Part shown: positions 61,420 to 64,000 of the stretch, piece after piece
How the letters are laid out: every line of letters starts with the position of its first letter
How positions within the stretch are numbered: the first letter of the stretch is position 1
Source of the DNA: a virus
Lineage: Duplodnaviria > Caudoviricetes
DNA: 64,000 nt
Virus record (IMG/VR): IMGVR_UViG_3300001598_000033
Span: 64,001 to 128,000 of that record
Direction: 5' to 3' (one strand)
The notes under the pieces: generated by a model
Told to the model about the DNA's origin: nothing
Databases searched by the model: none
The model's input: only the letters and a program-made list of their open reading frames with translations
Made by a program: the position numbers and the translations under genes

Positions 61420-61704
61420 ATGACCGTAGAGGAATTTGAAGAATTTGAAAAATCAATTAAGAGAATTGAAACAGGTATAACACTTTCAAAGTTTCTTAGT
61501 GAGTTAAAGGTATGTAAAAATGATAGGGTTGTAATCTATGATGATTCAGATAATATGGCCTTTGATTCAGATGTCTTTGGTTTTGATGATCCCGAATTGT
61601 TTGGGTATAATGAGTATTGGGAGATGCTTGAAGAAACTATTTGCCGTGTTTCAGATGTTACCGAAAACGGTAAAAGATCAATTTTTATTTTTATGAGTTA
61701 TTAA
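61420..61704 (+). CDS. Hypothetical protein
   Basis: AAGGA RBS before ATG at 61420. Confidence 0.55.
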   Translation: MTVEEFEEFEKSIKRIETGITLSKFLSELKVCKNDRVVIYDDSDNMAFDSDVFGFDDPELFGYNEYWEMLEETICRVSDVTENGKRSIFIFMSY

Positions 61705-61723
61705 AGTTTAGAGACTTTGAAAT

Positions 61724-62161
61724 ATGGAAATAAGTAAAGATGAATTGAAATTAGTTAAGTCTTATATTGGGAAATTACAAGATATACTATCTCAATGTGG
61801 CAATCCAGAACATTATTTAGATTCAGATGAACTAAAAGAACTAGATAAGGATTATTCTTCGGTATGTAATCTTTTTAATAGATTATCAAGTGATGAAACC
61901 TTAGAAGATTTGAAAGAAGAAATTAAGTATCTTAATAACGAGAATGACACTCAATTTGATGTTATAGACGGACTGTATACAGCTATAATTTCCGTAGCAT
62001 CGCACAATGAGATAAGTGCAGGTCAATTCAATGTTTTATGTAAAGCATACGGAATGCTAGGTGGTGATACTTGGGAACCCGAAACTATTTTAGGAAAAGT
62101 TACTGTTACTGATGTTAAAAACATCAAACCTGAGTATTTGAAATACTTTAAAAAGGCGTGA
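61724..62161 (+). CDS. Hypothetical protein
   Basis: ORF in early cluster. Confidence 0.6.
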   Translation: MEISKDELKLVKSYIGKLQDILSQCGNPEHYLDSDELKELDKDYSSVCNLFNRLSSDETLEDLKEEIKYLNNENDTQFDVIDGLYTAIISVASHNEISAGQFNVLCKAYGMLGGDTWEPETILGKVTVTDVKNIKPEYLKYFKKA

Positions 62162-62170
62162 GTAAAAAAA

Positions 62171-62398
62171 ATGAAAATAGAAGTAATGGTCAGATGTATA
62201 AAAGATAATACAAGTGTATATAGTTGCAATGCTACATATCGTTCAGAAGGTAATATGCTTATTCAATCAGAAGTTGATGAACATCAAAAGCAATATCTTT
62301 TGAAAATGGCTTCTGATGCTCTATATACGACAAATATGCTATTAAGAAATCAAATTAAAATGGAACTCCCTGATAATAAAACAGTTGATGAAAGGTAA
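62171..62398 (+). CDS. Hypothetical protein
   Basis: ORF in early cluster. Confidence 0.5.
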   Translation: MKIEVMVRCIKDNTSVYSCNATYRSEGNMLIQSEVDEHQKQYLLKMASDALYTTNMLLRNQIKMELPDNKTVDER

Positions 62399-62401
62399 AC
62401 T

Positions 62402-62611
62402 ATGGAAAGAAAATTAGGAAGAGAAGAATTTTGTGAGAAAGGAAATCTTCATCAGCGTTATCTTTCTCGTGATATTGACGAAGTTATTAAAAATATTCTT
62501 GAAAATCCTTCAGAAGAGTTGATACATCAACTTATATACTATGTTGAATTAAGAACTTTAAGAACTTTCCAAAAACAGTTTAATTTTCTTGAAGAAACAA
62601 GTGAGGATTAA
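62402..62611 (+). CDS. Hypothetical protein
   Basis: AAGGT RBS. Confidence 0.55.
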   Translation: MERKLGREEFCEKGNLHQRYLSRDIDEVIKNILENPSEELIHQLIYYVELRTLRTFQKQFNFLEETSED

Positions 62612-62613
62612 AA

Positions 62614-62823
62614 ATGAATTTACAAATACCTTTTGAATTGCTTGGACATTATAAGTCTATTGTACTTAATACAGACGATACTTTCTATCAATTAACTGCA
62701 TACTATCCAAGTTTTAATATCACTATAATTCTGAACAATCATGAAATAGAATCTTACAATTTTAAACTTGCTACTATTGATGGCAAGCGAAAAGTTAAAA
62801 AAATTTCTACCATTGTTAATTGA
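62614..62823 (+). CDS. Hypothetical protein
   Basis: GAGGA RBS. Confidence 0.55.
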   Translation: MNLQIPFELLGHYKSIVLNTDDTFYQLTAYYPSFNITIILNNHEIESYNFKLATIDGKRKVKKISTIVN

Positions 62824-62922
62824 TTATTTTGAAAAACTTGGTTTTAATGATGTTTGCAAAATGAGAGAAAAATGGAAAATTTGATGAATAAGGACTTGTA
62901 ATTAGAACTAAAGGAAATAAAA

Positions 62923-63123
62923 ATGAATGAAGAATTAAAAGAAAAATTAGAAAATCAAAAGTCTGAATTGTTAAATACAGTTAAAGAAGTTGAAAAGATT
63001 ATTGATTTAATTAAAGAATCTAATACTTTGGATTTTGAAACTAGAACAAAGACAACTGCTTTTCTTGAAGGCTATATGAAAGCTTCAAAAGAACAGATTG
63101 AATGGCTTTATTTTATTCTTTAG
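62923..63123 (+). CDS. Hypothetical protein
   Basis: AAGGA RBS. Confidence 0.55.
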   Translation: MNEELKEKLENQKSELLNTVKEVEKIIDLIKESNTLDFETRTKTTAFLEGYMKASKEQIEWLYFIL

Positions 63124-63287
63124 TAATTTTGGTGTTGAAGAATGAAAATGTTAGGATTGACAGTAGGGTCAATTCTTATTGTCCTTACAATTTGTTTTTG
63201 TGAGTATAAAGATACGTGTTGTTTTATGTGTGTTTTCTATGCTTGGTGTATGGTTTGGTATAGTTTGGACGCTAAGGATGATTAAAA

Positions 63288-63533
63288 ATGAACATTTTAA
63301 AAGCTATCAAAGAATTTTTTTGTCCAAAGAAATATAATGGTTTTGAAATTGCAGAGATGAGGAAACATATCAAGTTTGACTACTACATAGAATCTTTAAC
63401 TTTAATTTATAGTTCAAATAAACTCACGGAATCTGAAAAAGATAGACTTGTTAGTAAGCTTATTCATGGTTATACTCAAAACAAGTTTATTGATAAACGC
63501 ACTTATGAGTATCTTAAAAAGAAACTGATGTAG
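63288..63533 (+). CDS. Hypothetical protein
   Basis: AAGGA RBS. Confidence 0.55.
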   Translation: MNILKAIKEFFCPKKYNGFEIAEMRKHIKFDYYIESLTLIYSSNKLTESEKDRLVSKLIHGYTQNKFIDKRTYEYLKKKLM

Positions 63534-63694
63534 ATGTGAGTTGCAAGAAAATAGGACTTAAAAACGTCTGAATTTACTAATGATGGTGTTATTTTAAATA
63601 ATTTGTACTTATATAACATAAGTGAGAATATTATTAAGAATATAAATTAAATTATATATTAATAAATAATATAATAGAATAAAGGATTTTTTTT

Positions 63695-64000
63695 ATGGAA
63701 TATTCAGTTATTTTTGCTTGTAGTGAAAATGGTGTGATAGGCAAAGACAATACCATACCATGGAAAATAAGCTTAGATATGAAACTATTTAAGAAGCTTA
63801 CTGAAAATAATATTGTTATTATGGGTAGGAAAACATATGAAAGTATAGGTCACCCTTTAAAAAACCGTATTAATATAATTGTTACTAAAAATCCCAATTA
63901 TAATATTTCAGGATGTACAGATAATGTGCTTATAGCAAATTCCTTACAAGAAGCATTAAAGGTTGCAGAACCTTTAGCATTAAAAGAATTTCTTGATGTT
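63695..64000 (+). CDS. frd: Dihydrofolate reductase, 5' part (runs off the window; not in ORF track)
   Basis: MEYSVIFACSENGVIGKDNTIPWKISLDMKLFKKLTENNIVIMGRKTYESIGHPLKNRINIIVT. Confidence 0.95.
   Translation, partial: MEYSVIFACSENGVIGKDNTIPWKISLDMKLFKKLTENNIVIMGRKTYESIGHPLKNRINIIVTKNPNYNISGCTDNVLIANSLQEALKVAEPLALKEFLDV

Noticed and set aside
1-64000. Alternative genetic code (stop reassignment)
   Set aside because: Core genes are full length in the standard code; the breaks are frameshifts or insertions, not in-frame stops

Overview
This is an AT-rich segment of a large T4-like myophage with scrambled gene order, resembling Campylobacter-type T4-like phages; the host cannot be determined from sequence. 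It carries most of the virion module: gp16, gp14, gp20, gp18, gp48, gp53, gp27-like, gp5, gp24-like, a tape-measure-like protein with a lytic transglycosylase, two gp26-like genes, four tail-tube-fold paralogs, gp21, gp22, gp23, gp4, gp7-like, gp6, gp25 and gp13. Replication and metabolism genes include a UL9-like SF2 helicase, UvsW, primase, a DsbA/GapR-like protein, a Cas4-like nuclease, an RNA ligase, dCMP deaminase and a partial DHFR. Late blocks carry T4-type TATAAATA promoters and alternate with clusters of small genes behind a repeated ~80-bp sigma70 promoter/RBS unit. The most notable locus is the UvsW helicase, fractured into three genes by two free-standing GIY-YIG-type endonuclease genes. 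Break 1 is bridged by an atypically split intein (26-aa IntN, 115-aa IntC). Break 2 is bridged by what looks like a non-catalytic, split half of a Hint domain, possibly a non-covalent protein clasp. Other highlights are an endonuclease that appears to have swapped the 3' end of gp13, a set of late proteins with capsid-targeting-like N-termini, and a short basic ORF missing from the ORF track. All calls come from motif recognition by eye; no searches were run.
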